This document shows, in pieces, positions 1 through 11,100 of a stretch of 64,000 bases of DNA; the stretch's first letter is position 1; the number at the start of each line of letters is the position of its first letter. Both the position numbers and the translations under genes were made by a program. The notes under the pieces were generated by a model. That model saw only the letters and a program-made list of their open reading frames with translations, ran no database searches and was not told the origin of the DNA. The DNA is from Mytilus trossulus (taxonomy: Eukaryota), in the NCBI RefSeq assembly GCF_036588685.1, contig NC_086380.1, positions 29,326,001 through 29,390,000 of the forward strand, in the 5' to 3' direction.

Positions 1-219
1 ATAGTTGAGATAGTTCAGATGTACAGGAAGACCATTAGTTAAATATTAATCAAGTGTATCGATCATTTACAGTTTTTATTATATTCCATCAAGTTGTTAT
101 TTTAGATACAAAGAAAATATTCACGTAATTTATCATATAACATAATAATTTCTGTTATATGTGTACGTAATCTTATACTTAGTGTTTAATGTCATGTGCT
201 CCTAGGCAAAGGAGGTTTA

Positions 220-250
220 TTCACAGAAGAATAAAATTTCGTTTCGTTTC
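220..250. promoter_or_regulatory. Candidate GAS-like plus ISRE/IRF-like element upstream of the cGLR
   Basis: TTCACAGAA (220-228, TTCN3GAA) next to TTTCGTTTCGTTTC (237-250; GAAACGAAACGAAA on the minus strand). Motif match only. Confidence 0.3.
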
Positions 251-1783
251 ACGAAAGAATCCGCTTTTGTATTAGCCTTTTGGAAAGTTTGAACGTGATG
301 TTGATGAATGTTGATGAATGTTGATTTGTTATGTAATGACACATTTTCATTGGATTTAAAGCAATATTATATGATATTTCACTTCTAAGAATGATTGGAC
401 ACACTTAAAAACAAGGTACACATGTTGGTTTGAGAAATTTTTTTTGCTACGCGAATTTTGCCTACAGCGATATGACCTCGGGTGGCACATTGATAGTAAA
501 AAGAAAATATCAGAACAGCAAATAGAAATAGTGAATAATGCCCCCGAGGTCATATGTTATAGGACTAATTTGTAGACCAAACGCGTGTCTGTAGTACAAA
601 AGTTTAAGCCTCGTGTCTATGGTTAGTTTATTGTCACAGTACATGAATTAATTAATACCGAATCTGACCGTCAAGCATCTAGACAAATTGTAACATAACG
701 TATTACGTAAATTTGTCATATCATACGGAAAAGCACATTAAGATACAAAGAAAGACAACCCTACTACGAAACATGTATCATGTGTATAATTTGTATGATT
801 GACTTATTTTAGTCCGTTTGGTTATTGTTATGTTTTAAGGACTCGCGCTTTTTGAAATAACCTTGGAGTTTGGTGTTTCTACTATGTTGATACACCTGCT
901 GGTAGAGTCTAAGTTTTAGATAGACTAATACTATAATTTCTAATTTCTTTACGTCCACATTATTTGAACTTTGTGGGATAGTTGTCTCATTTGCAATATA
1001 AATTTGCATTTAATCATGTAAATATTTCCTGAATGCGTGACTTTCAAAAAGTTCCTGTTTACAACTTTCATTTCAATAGGTTGAGTACATGTTTAAATCT
1101 GTATACATCGCTGCTTATGGTAGTTTAAAACATATGTTTTTAAACTACCATTGTGTATATTATAGTCGATATAAAACCAATTATTTACGCTATGCACACA
1201 GCTATTTTAACATTCAATTTAAAACTTCAACATGTTCAAACGAGACTAGGATTGCACAAGGCGGAAGAAATAAATAACTTCAAACGGATTATTCATTTAT
1301 ATTAGGTAAGATATTAATCTAATAAAATGTCCAAAAACATATACTGTAAGGATGTCAAAAGAGAGGCGAAGATACCAAAGAGCACATTCAAACTCATAAG
1401 TCGAAAATAAACCTGACAAAGCCATGGCTTAAAATACTAAGACAAAGACAAAACACACTCTTTGCTCGGATTGTTATTTCTGTGAGAAAACCCCATTTCT
1501 ATTCTCAATTTTAATAGTACACACAACACATAGTATTAAAACCAAATATTGAGCTTCTTGAACCCCACAAAAAATGTGGATGATCGCAGGTGATTCGGAA
1601 GGATAAGCAGATCCTGCTCCACATGTCGTGCCCGTCGTGTTGCTCATGTGAGTATAAACCTGATGACAAATTTATCTAATCTGTTTTTAAACATATAATA
1701 AACCTCATCAAAACACACCAATTTTACACATGAAGTTGAAATAAACATTTAAATAAGAAAGGGATATTTGAATCTTTTCAGTA

Positions 1784-4075
1784 ATGGATTTAATGGAATT
1801 TCATTTGCCAACTATTTTGAAAGCATGTGGTACATCATTGCCCTTGGTGAACTTACGTCAGAACGAGGCCAACTATGCTAACAAGATAGGGAACATTATT
1901 GACAATTTTCGAAATGAATCCCAGGCTATGATTGTTGGAAGCACTGCTGAAGGCTTAGGAACAGCAATTGATCGACAATATAAAGACCTATCGTCAAGTG
2001 ACACAGATATTATCTTGATTTCCTCTGACTTTAAGGTTTATGAACATATAAATGAAAAGGATATCGTGGAAGCTTCCTATCCAACACTTAATCACGTTTT
2101 ACGAGTACCAGACAAGACATGTCCTGGCTATGCAAAGCTAGCTGTCTCACAAATTCGAAGCGATCTACGAGATGTTTGTCATCAAAAGGGTCGCACAAGT
2201 TTCTTAAAAAATAATTTGAAAGAAAAAAGTCTTGAATTCAAAAAGCACTGCCCAAACCATTCAAATATTCATGGTCCAGCGGTCAATACGGAACTGTTTC
2301 CCCGAGATATCGCTTCATTCTTTCGACAAACAGGTAGTACAACACCTATTAATGTTGCAGATTTCGAAAGGGAGAGTGACTATGGGATAGAGGATACAGA
2401 TTTCGTTTTTTGCCTAAAAGGCGACAAATGGCCAGCAGAGGCTTCCGAGTGGACGAAAAGGAAAAGGTCTTACAATTGGCCGACAGAAGAACAATATGAC
2501 AATATAATCAAATCAGGTTATTTCCTTGCTGGAGTTGGAAGTAAAGAATCTGAAGAGAATGAAATTCAATGGAGAGTATCCTTTAACATTGCCGAACAGT
2601 TAATGATTGAGTCTTTTAACGAAACACAAATTCACTGCATTATGCTTTTAAAGTTATTGAAAACAAGTCAGCTTTCAAAAGTAGCTGGAAAAAACATAAC
2701 ATCATATACAATGAAAACTATAATGTTTTGGAGTCTGGAAGAAACATCTGATGAATTTTGGCAACCATCAAATCTATTGCGTTGTGTTTGCTTTTGCATG
2801 TCAAAACTGAAAGACTTTGTTGAAAAAGGGTTTCTCCCAAACTACTTTATCAGGGAACGAAATCAGTTCATCTCGACTGAATTTTCGGGAGACATACAAA
2901 CCAGAACCAGACAATTCCTGGAGAGTTTTCTTGAAGACCCCAAAGCTGGCATCAGTGTAATTTTGTCAATATACAAAATGTACGAAAACACTGCACTTCC
3001 CGTTTTGAATGCAATCAGTAAGGAAATTTTCATTGAAGAATGGCTTCGAATAAGAATATCGATGGCACAACAGTATCACGCTACTAGTGTGCATTCATTC
3101 TGGAAACTATATGACGGATATAGTTCAAAAACAAGTTTATCCCGATGTAAAGACGCCATGCAAAATCTGACAACAGTAATGTATGCACAGCCTTTTATCA
3201 AGCTTTTGCAAAATTGCATGGGCGTACTGGAATATGTCCGTCTAAAAGAAAAGAAGCTAACAGTTGAAGACACAACTGACACGACTGAACGTAGTCAATA
3301 TCTAAAATACATGAAGATGAGTCTTGTAGGAGACCGTACACATACTAGCCTTCGTATTGCTACGTGCTACCTAGATGATAAGATAAAGGAAGATTGCCTC
3401 AATGTTATACGGACTGTAACAGACCACCCGGATAATTATTTATTTATGCAAAACTACAGCCAGTACGTTAAACAAACATTAAACAACACTATTAAAGCGT
3501 TTGAAAACATCTCACCTATCCACAAAGTTCATGAAATAGCCATGTACAACAGAATCATAAACAGAGACCTAATTGACCAAGATCCGTACAAAACAATTGA
3601 AGAATTCGAACAATTGAAAGAAGAGGGCCATGTTGTTGGCGGATACAATGCATTTATCCTTGTTTGGGAGCGGTGTTGGTTCGACGTTACATTTATGCCT
3701 GCAGAATTACCAGTTTTACCGAAACCAGCGGCATTGGAGTTGTGCATTGACAATAGCCAGAAGAAAATAAGTTTTCACCCACTCCTTTATGGACTACTTC
3801 TTGAATTTATTTGGCATGTGAATAATTGTTCCAAGAACGAGGAAAGGGAAAAGGTTCTAGAAAAAATGAAAGACTGCGTTTCCAGGATATTAGGTGTAGA
3901 ACAGTATAGAGGACTTAATTTTATGATATATTGTTGTTCGGTACAGCATGATCTTTGCTCAGCCTCTAGATACTTGATTCAGTCGTTCAAACTCAACCCT
4001 GTCAAACAAAACGTAGCATATATGTATATCAAGTATATCATTAATCTTTTGCGAAAAGTCTATGTCCATCCTTGA
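1784..4075 (+). CDS. Mab-21 domain nucleotidyltransferase / cGAS-like receptor (cGLR), 763 aa, with C-terminal alpha-helical (TPR-like) extension
   Basis: Uninterrupted ORF. Motifs VGSTAEG...SDTDII (G52-S53, D73, D75), PGYAKL, HGPA, DTDFV (D206), WPAEASEW..R...WP, QWRVSFNIAE, SYTMKTIMFW and LPNYFIRERNQF are characteristic of invertebrate Mab-21/cGLR proteins. A ttttcag acceptor just before the ATG (AG 1780-1781) implies a non-coding 5' exon. Confidence 0.92.
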   Translation: MDLMEFHLPTILKACGTSLPLVNLRQNEANYANKIGNIIDNFRNESQAMIVGSTAEGLGTAIDRQYKDLSSSDTDIILISSDFKVYEHINEKDIVEASYPTLNHVLRVPDKTCPGYAKLAVSQIRSDLRDVCHQKGRTSFLKNNLKEKSLEFKKHCPNHSNIHGPAVNTELFPRDIASFFRQTGSTTPINVADFERESDYGIEDTDFVFCLKGDKWPAEASEWTKRKRSYNWPTEEQYDNIIKSGYFLAGVGSKESEENEIQWRVSFNIAEQLMIESFNETQIHCIMLLKLLKTSQLSKVAGKNITSYTMKTIMFWSLEETSDEFWQPSNLLRCVCFCMSKLKDFVEKGFLPNYFIRERNQFISTEFSGDIQTRTRQFLESFLEDPKAGISVILSIYKMYENTALPVLNAISKEIFIEEWLRIRISMAQQYHATSVHSFWKLYDGYSSKTSLSRCKDAMQNLTTVMYAQPFIKLLQNCMGVLEYVRLKEKKLTVEDTTDTTERSQYLKYMKMSLVGDRTHTSLRIATCYLDDKIKEDCLNVIRTVTDHPDNYLFMQNYSQYVKQTLNNTIKAFENISPIHKVHEIAMYNRIINRDLIDQDPYKTIEEFEQLKEEGHVVGGYNAFILVWERCWFDVTFMPAELPVLPKPAALELCIDNSQKKISFHPLLYGLLLEFIWHVNNCSKNEEREKVLEKMKDCVSRILGVEQYRGLNFMIYCCSVQHDLCSASRYLIQSFKLNPVKQNVAYMYIKYIINLLRKVYVHP

Positions 4076-4395
4076 CCATGACATATTTTTCTAAACAGGG
4101 TAAAACTGTTGTAATATCTTGAAGATAGTTATAATAATAAAGTAAAAAAGTTGGGTTTTTGAACATTTCAGATTACAATAGAAAAAACGATTTTGATGTT
4201 TAAAATAAATAATACTAATATTAATATTTAAACTGCTATTTATACTTTTGGTTTTAATTTTCATGTCTATCATGACAAAAACCGGACTTTGTTTTTTTAA
4301 TTAGATGTGTTACTGCTTTGTGTCGATCTGATGAGTTGAGCCTTTTTCAACTAGAGTTTATAATTTGTTCTTATGTTGTACTGTTACATAACTTT

Positions 4396-4640
4396 ACCTG
4401 CATTTGGGATGATATTTCCCAGCTTATTTGGTATTCAAGAGCTTACATATGCTGCTCAAACATTTTAAAACGTCACCAACATCTGAGCTACAAGTTGATA
4501 AACCAGGGGTATATCAAAGAATGCATAATTCTTTTTTCTTAAGCAGTTCATCGGAAGTTACAAAAGCCTTATCGATAAATTTTCCGTATCAACTTCATAA
4601 AAAAATACTCGATGGTTTTGAATTATAGATTCTGGGTACG
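4396..4640 (+). mobile_element. Degenerate Penelope-like retroelement RT C-terminal fragment
   Basis: Reads ISQLIWYSRA...LKRHQHLSYKLINQGY, resembling the PLE RT thumb motif SQLIRYSRAC...KLLxQGY. Frameshifted. Confidence 0.65.
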
Positions 4641-5109
4641 CACGTTGTTTATCATCTTGCATTAATAACGTGTTATAGTATTCTTTAATTTGTTTTTAAA
4701 AATATAACTTGTACTGTTTAGTATGTTTTTGGAGGAATCCATTTGACATGCCTCTGTACTTTTACATCCAGTCATAGTTTTATTGTTCTATGGTACAATT
4801 TTTGTATTTTGTATTTTAATTTTTCTTATGTGCTTTGTATATATATGCATTTTTGTATTTCATTGATACACATGATGTAGCTCTGTACTTATACGTATCG
4901 TCATTGTGCTATGGTATATTTTTGTATTCTTGTCTTTCGTTGTTTTGGTTTACAAATATGCTTTGTATTAACCCCTAGTTTTTGCTGGGGTTCGTTCATT
5001 TGTACTATTGCTTGTCTGTTTGTCTTTTTCATTTTTAGCCATGGGGTTGTCAGTTTATTTTCGATTTATGCTCTGGTATATTTCGTCCGTTTTTTAGTTC
5101 AGTTTAGAC

Positions 5110-5365
5110 ATATTTATTAAAAGTGGATTGGGAAAAAAGTTTTGCAATTTATATTATTCCCTTTCCAATTTGCGGGTGCGAGTGCTGCATTGTAGCGCTT
5201 TTAGCCTGCTCTATTTCGAAATCTACAAGGATGTTATTTTACGTGCAAGAGATATGGCTCTCTTTTAACACGGGTCATCAGCCATTGATCGTCCCCTTCC
5301 GACGGACTATCATCGTTTCCTCAAGACCATACTAGCAAATGATGTCAAGGGAGAGCCGAAAAATC
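5110..5365 (+). repeat. Interspersed repeat, second copy at about 56050-56300
   Basis: Both copies share agtggattgggaaa...tgcgggtg.gagtgctgc.ttgtagcg...tcgtcccc..ccgacg.actatcatcgtt.cctcaagaccatact. Confidence 0.8.
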
Positions 5366-5371
5366 AGTCAA

Positions 5372-5508
5372 ATATGCTTGTTGTTCGGTGTGAGCCAAGG
5401 CTCCGTGTTGAAGGCCGTACTTTAACCTATAATGGTTTAATTTTTAAATTGTTATTTGGATGGAGAGTTGTCTCATTGGCACTCACACCACATCTTCCTA
5501 TATCTATT
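5372..5508 (-). repeat. Abundant interspersed repeat family (SINE-like), truncated copy
   Basis: Reverse complement of atagatataggaagatgtggtgtgagtgccaatgagacaactctcc..., seen in longer form at about 58146-58700. Further copies at about 9345-9432, 23430-23545, 26580-26950 and 47900-48070. Confidence 0.8.
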
Positions 5509-5649
5509 TGTATATATGCCAATTCATTTGTTTTTTTACAGTGATTAAGATTATACCACAGTGTTGATTGATTTTCGTCTATTTTATGACATTGTTACCT
5601 ATTATGTATATTTGTCTTTTTCACACAATGTTGTCAATAGAATTTAATT

Positions 5650-5850
5650 TTATGCGACTGTCAAACAAGTGAGAGGTTGATCTAGATTTAATAACCAGGT
5701 TTAATTCACCATTTCCTACTTAAGAAAATGCCTGTACCAAGTCAGGAATATGATAATTTTCATCCATTCGTTTGATGTGTTTGAGCTTTTGAAATTTTCA
5801 ATTGATTACTGAATTTCCGTTTTGAATTTTCCTCGGAGGTTCGTATTGTT
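5650..5850 (+). repeat. Interspersed repeat family (accaggtttaat...gaaaatgcctgtaccaagtcaggaatatga)
   Basis: Recurs at about 7720-7890, 11790-11900(-), 28133-28450(-), 32660-32790, 49190-49480, 51445-51730 and 59500-59690. Confidence 0.8.
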
Positions 5851-8169
5851 GGTTATTGTTTTTATTTTTACATAACCCTTCCCTGAGAAGAGGAGTTGGT
5901 GCTAAAAACCTTGTTTAATCCCGTCACAATCTGAATGTGCCTGTCAAGGTCTAGAGATTGTGTATAAGTAGTTGTGATTGATATGTATAAAGAAAACAGT
6001 AGTATATATACCGCTGATTAAATGTCTTGAATTGAAAACAAATCTGGTTTAAAACTAAAACTGAAAAGAATATAAATGTAAAAAAAAAAATAATGGATCC
6101 AACCCATGGGTCTTTCGAAGGATACGTACAATGTACCTTTTTCAAGACAAGTCTATGAAACTCAAATACACAACCTGTCGCGATCGGGCGTGTTTAAACA
6201 ACGTTATTTGAAACAAACAGAACACAATATAATATATTATACATACGTTCTAAAACAAATAACACAATTGCAGAGCTATTTTCAGACAAATGGAAATCAA
6301 AGACTTTTCATATAAATTAGTTATTTAGATCTTCTCTGTTTAAAAGTCTTTCACTTTTTGGGAATATTAATTATTATTTCCCCTGTTTTACCTTTTCCAC
6401 ATGAGTTTTATTTCGATTTTGCAATATGTACACGCAGTAGGTTCAAGTCAGTCTTTTGTTTTTCTATTTTTATTAAATCTTTGAACATATGATTGGATTA
6501 CAGTTTTGAATTTCGATTTTTGTCAGCAGTGTTTTCATTTAAAATGAGGAACATTCAAGCTCATAAATTGGTTTATTGTGTGAAGAAAAAATACCTCGTT
6601 TATTATATGAAATTCAAAACTCGTCCCATTCACAGAGGCGAAATATTAGTGCAACAGTATTTCTATGTGAAATACTTCAATCATTAGTCTTAGCCATCCA
6701 AACATTCCAAAAATACATTTTAAAATCTGTTATATTCATAGAAAAACAACAAATATCACTGAATTTGTTACACATACATTAGGAATGAATCCTGCAATCG
6801 ACCTTATAACTACCATACAAATGCAAGTGTACTGATTAAATGAATACAAAACGTATATATCATGTATAGAATACATTTATAATCTTCCTGCATCCTTCTT
6901 CTGTTGTGAGCGAACGGTAATAATTGAATTACTAGAATTTAGGGTTGACATTGCAGTTCGCGTTTTAGACTGAGTTAATTTCACTTATTAACAAATTCAA
7001 CTTTTGAGATGTTAAAAAATATATACTAATGTCAGTTAAAACATGTTTAACACTGTTCTCGCTTCGTAAACAGGAGACCCAGTTATTTTTTTTTTATACA
7101 ATAAAATTGAGAATTGAAATGAGGAATGTGTCAAAGAGACAACAAACCGATCAAAGAGCGGATAACAGACGAAGGAGACAAATGGTTCTCCAGTACATCG
7201 ATATGAGTCTGCTCCGGACGCGTGCTTTAGCTAGCCCATAAACAAAAAGGTGCACTAGTTCAGTGATAATGGAGGTCAAACATATCTCCGAAATATATAA
7301 AAGAAACTAACATTAAAAATCATAAAAATGTACAAAAATTGTCCTCATTTGTAGACTATAATTGATTATTTTAATGGTTAAGTGTATTATAAATATCAAG
7401 TCTCAGTGAAATAGGTGTATATATACGTTGGCCGGATACGTGACTTTAGAAGTACAACTCATGTATCTACGTTTAACCAAAAAACCGCATGTTTTGTTCA
7501 TTTGAATCAAATTACATTTTTTACGTGGCTCGTTATTTATACATCTCGCTGTGGTTTTATTGTGCTATGGTCATTTTTTGTGATCATGTCTTACGTTTTT
7601 GCTTATCTACTTTGTTTTGTGTATAGAGTGTCGTTTTTTCTTTTTGATTTCATTTTGGTTACCAAAGTTAATTTTACTCACACGTTGATGTCAATGTAAT
7701 AGGTTTGACATACAAATTACAAGTTAAGCTTGTTATACAGCTAGGTGTAATCCATCATTTTCTGCATAAGAAAATACCTGGTTCAAAACAGGAATATAAG
7801 AGTTGTTTTCCATCAGTTTGATGCGTGTAAGCTTTTAATTTTGTCTTTTGAGAAAGGACTTTCCGCTTTGAATTTTCCTTGGAGTTTTTTGTTTTAATAT
7901 CATTAGAATTTAACGAAAGTGAAGCAAAGTATTCTTTTATTGAGACAACTTATAAAAAGGTTTGAGGTCGAAACGCAGTTTTTTTGGCCAGGTGAATACA
8001 ATTTTACTCCATGAATTTATATATACGCATGTACTTGTACATACATGTATAGGAAGGACGTGTCTTGGTACAAGGTCAGCAACTGTAATACTGTCATTTA
8101 CAAATACAGAAGGAAATAGCTTTATTGAATTCATGTACAAGGTCACACACTAAAATATTGTTTGCAAAA

Positions 8170-11100
8170 ATGTCTAGGAGGGAAGATATCGATTGTATAC
8201 ATAAAGCACACGAACGGATAAAACCGTTTGTTCATAAAACACCAATTTATACTAATTCGACATTTAACAATCTGATTGGAAAAGAAGCTTTTTTCAAGTG
8301 TGAAAATTTGCAGAAAACTGGATCTTTTAAAGCTAGAGGAGCATTAAATACTGTAAGTTCATGCATGATGACTTGTAATTAATTCACTCTCACAATTCGT
8401 CATAATGAACACATTGGCATATACATGATATAAGAGGTGTGCATGCGATGCGATAATAGTAATTTAAACCAGAAGAAACGAGAGTTTTGCAACATGCGTA
8501 GTCAGAAGTAAAACAAATTCCTTTAAAACCATTCATTCAATAGCAGAAACCCTCTATCAAGCAAAATGTCTGGAATTCTGAGGATGTAGTATTCCATATA
8601 CATGCTCTTTTTATAAATTGCAGCGTTAACACTAAAAAATTGAGAGTTCTGATAAGAAACATTTGAAGTCATCTCTATTTGCAAATGTGATGAAGCTTCC
8701 CTATCATATTCAAACTTAAAACGTAATACCTACATTTGTTAAGGATAAAAACCGTATCCTATGACCTCTAATTCATTGGTTCAGGACGGCAAACACATAC
8801 ACAATTTTTGATATGATTTTTGTTTTATCTGAACATATCACCAAACGCGATGTGTTGCATTTCATGACTTGCATATGACTTTATGACTTCAATCAGATGG
8901 CAAAAATGTGATGTTAGTTAAATGTGCGTAATTATACGGTATCCGTTTTTATTATTGTTAAAGGCCTTATGGTTACCTAAATTGGCACTCATACCACATC
9001 TCCTTATTTGCATATCTTTTATATATAAATATCATGCTAGTTTAGTATATCCTCTATGTAGCCATCTGTATGTTCTGGGAAGGAGTGGGCTAAAAAACAT
9101 CTCGCAATCAAAATAACAAAGCCCTTTTTTCGAACTTATTACTAAAAAATTGAAATTTTGCATTGCATTTCAGATATTGAAACTAAAAGAGCAAACTCCT
9201 GATTTAAAAGGAGTCGTAAGTATTAAATTACATTTCTTATTGTATAGTACATTTATGGTTTATAGAAAAAGATCAAAGCTTTATGGTATAGTCTATAGTG
9301 TAACAAAGAAAACACGAAAGTGATTATTTATAATACATGTATACATTGACCTATAATTACTTTTTTACTTTTTTAAATTGTTATTTAGATGGAGAGTTGT
9401 CTCATTGACACTCACACACCATCTTCCTATATCTGTAAACCTGTAATATTCCATAGAACAAGTGATATAAGAATACATTTTCTACTCAAGGCAAACATGC
9501 ATAGAAACATCTCCTAACTAAACAAAAAAATACTGAATAAAAAATAAAAACACACCGGTCGAGGAAAACTTACACAAATGAATCTAAAATATATATTTTA
9601 GAAAAGCATCTTTTAAATACGCTTGTATATTTTCTTGTAGATGTTGCCAATATATATCAATTGAGCCCTTAATTTAAAACATTTTTCACAGGTAGCTTAT
9701 AGTAGTGGCAATCATGGTCTCGCCACAGCATGGGCATCTCGTTTGGCAGAGGTAAAGTGCTCAGTGGTTGTTCCCAAAACGACAAATGAATTCAAAGTCA
9801 CAGCAATACAAGGTTATGGAGCAGAAGTAGTAACATGTGAATATGATCCTATATCTAGGTTTGTTTTCTAAGACATATATGCTAGTATAAAATAAAATTG
9901 AGAATGGAAATGGGGAATGTGTCAAAGAGACAACAACCCGACCAAATAAAAAAAAACAACAGCAGAAGGTCACCAACAGGTCTTCAATGTAGCGAGAAAT
10001 TCCCGCACCCGGAGGCGTCCTTCAGCTGGCCCCTAAACAAATATATACTAGTCCAGTGATAATGAACGACATACTAATTTCCAAATACACCACATGCATG
10101 CGCTACGGTTGATGATAACAATTAAAACAATATCTGAAGTGATATTGCATTAATTTTTATATATATTGATACATGGCAGTTACAACATTCTGATTTAGTC
10201 TTAAAGTTAAGATACAGCGATCTTTTAAGTTTCTGGAAGCGAAATAAAAAATGGAGAAGATCGATCAGTTTGTTTTTATTATTGGTAATCGCAGTTTATT
10301 TCGATCAACAGAGTTAACGGTTGCAATTGGTTCACACGAAAGATCAGATTTTTTTTTTTGTGGAAAAAATAATATATGAACGATTGTCAATTAAACGAAT
10401 CAAACATGTTATTGACGTCATCTTTTCACAAGCAAGTATCACGATTGTTATGGACTATCTGTTTGGCAATTGAACAAGGATATGAACTCATTTTTGCAGC
10501 AATGCTACTGTCTTTATTTCTTTTATTGCTTTTGACATCAACCAAACGTGATTAGTTACTTGGAAAGGGCATACAGACGATTGCAACTATTGGAACAGAA
10601 CTTATTTCAATGTTTTAGCTATGATTGTTTGCATTTCTTTTTCTAATCAGTTGGTGATTTTTAAGTTCAAATATTTTCTAATTTGTGGTTGTTCAAATTT
10701 TTACAGTTATTGTTCTGCCACAATAATCTCATACGTTGGTTTACCTAAGAATAAACGATACAAGAATTAATAGGCAACGTTAGCTCATATCAATGATAAT
10801 ACATGGAATGGTCATCAATATGTGCAAGAAAATGTTCAACAATATCAAACCGGTTGGCATTACACTAAACATCATCCAAACTGTTGGATACATTTTTTGT
10901 TTTATTATTTAACTTTTACCAATACATACTTTACCATTAGACTACAGTGATCATACAGAACTTCAGTCATGAAAATATAAATTCAGCACTGCATGAATTA
11001 TGTCAGAAAAAACCCACTAATAAATTGTCTTAAATTGTAATAAGAACTGGACGGTCATAGCTATTAACAATGTTTTTTTAACCTACAATTAGATTAAAAG

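Noticed and set aside
4328-4360. Hammerhead-like CTGATGA followed by a gttga/tcaac stem
   Set aside because: No GAAA after the stem and no stem I or III could be built.
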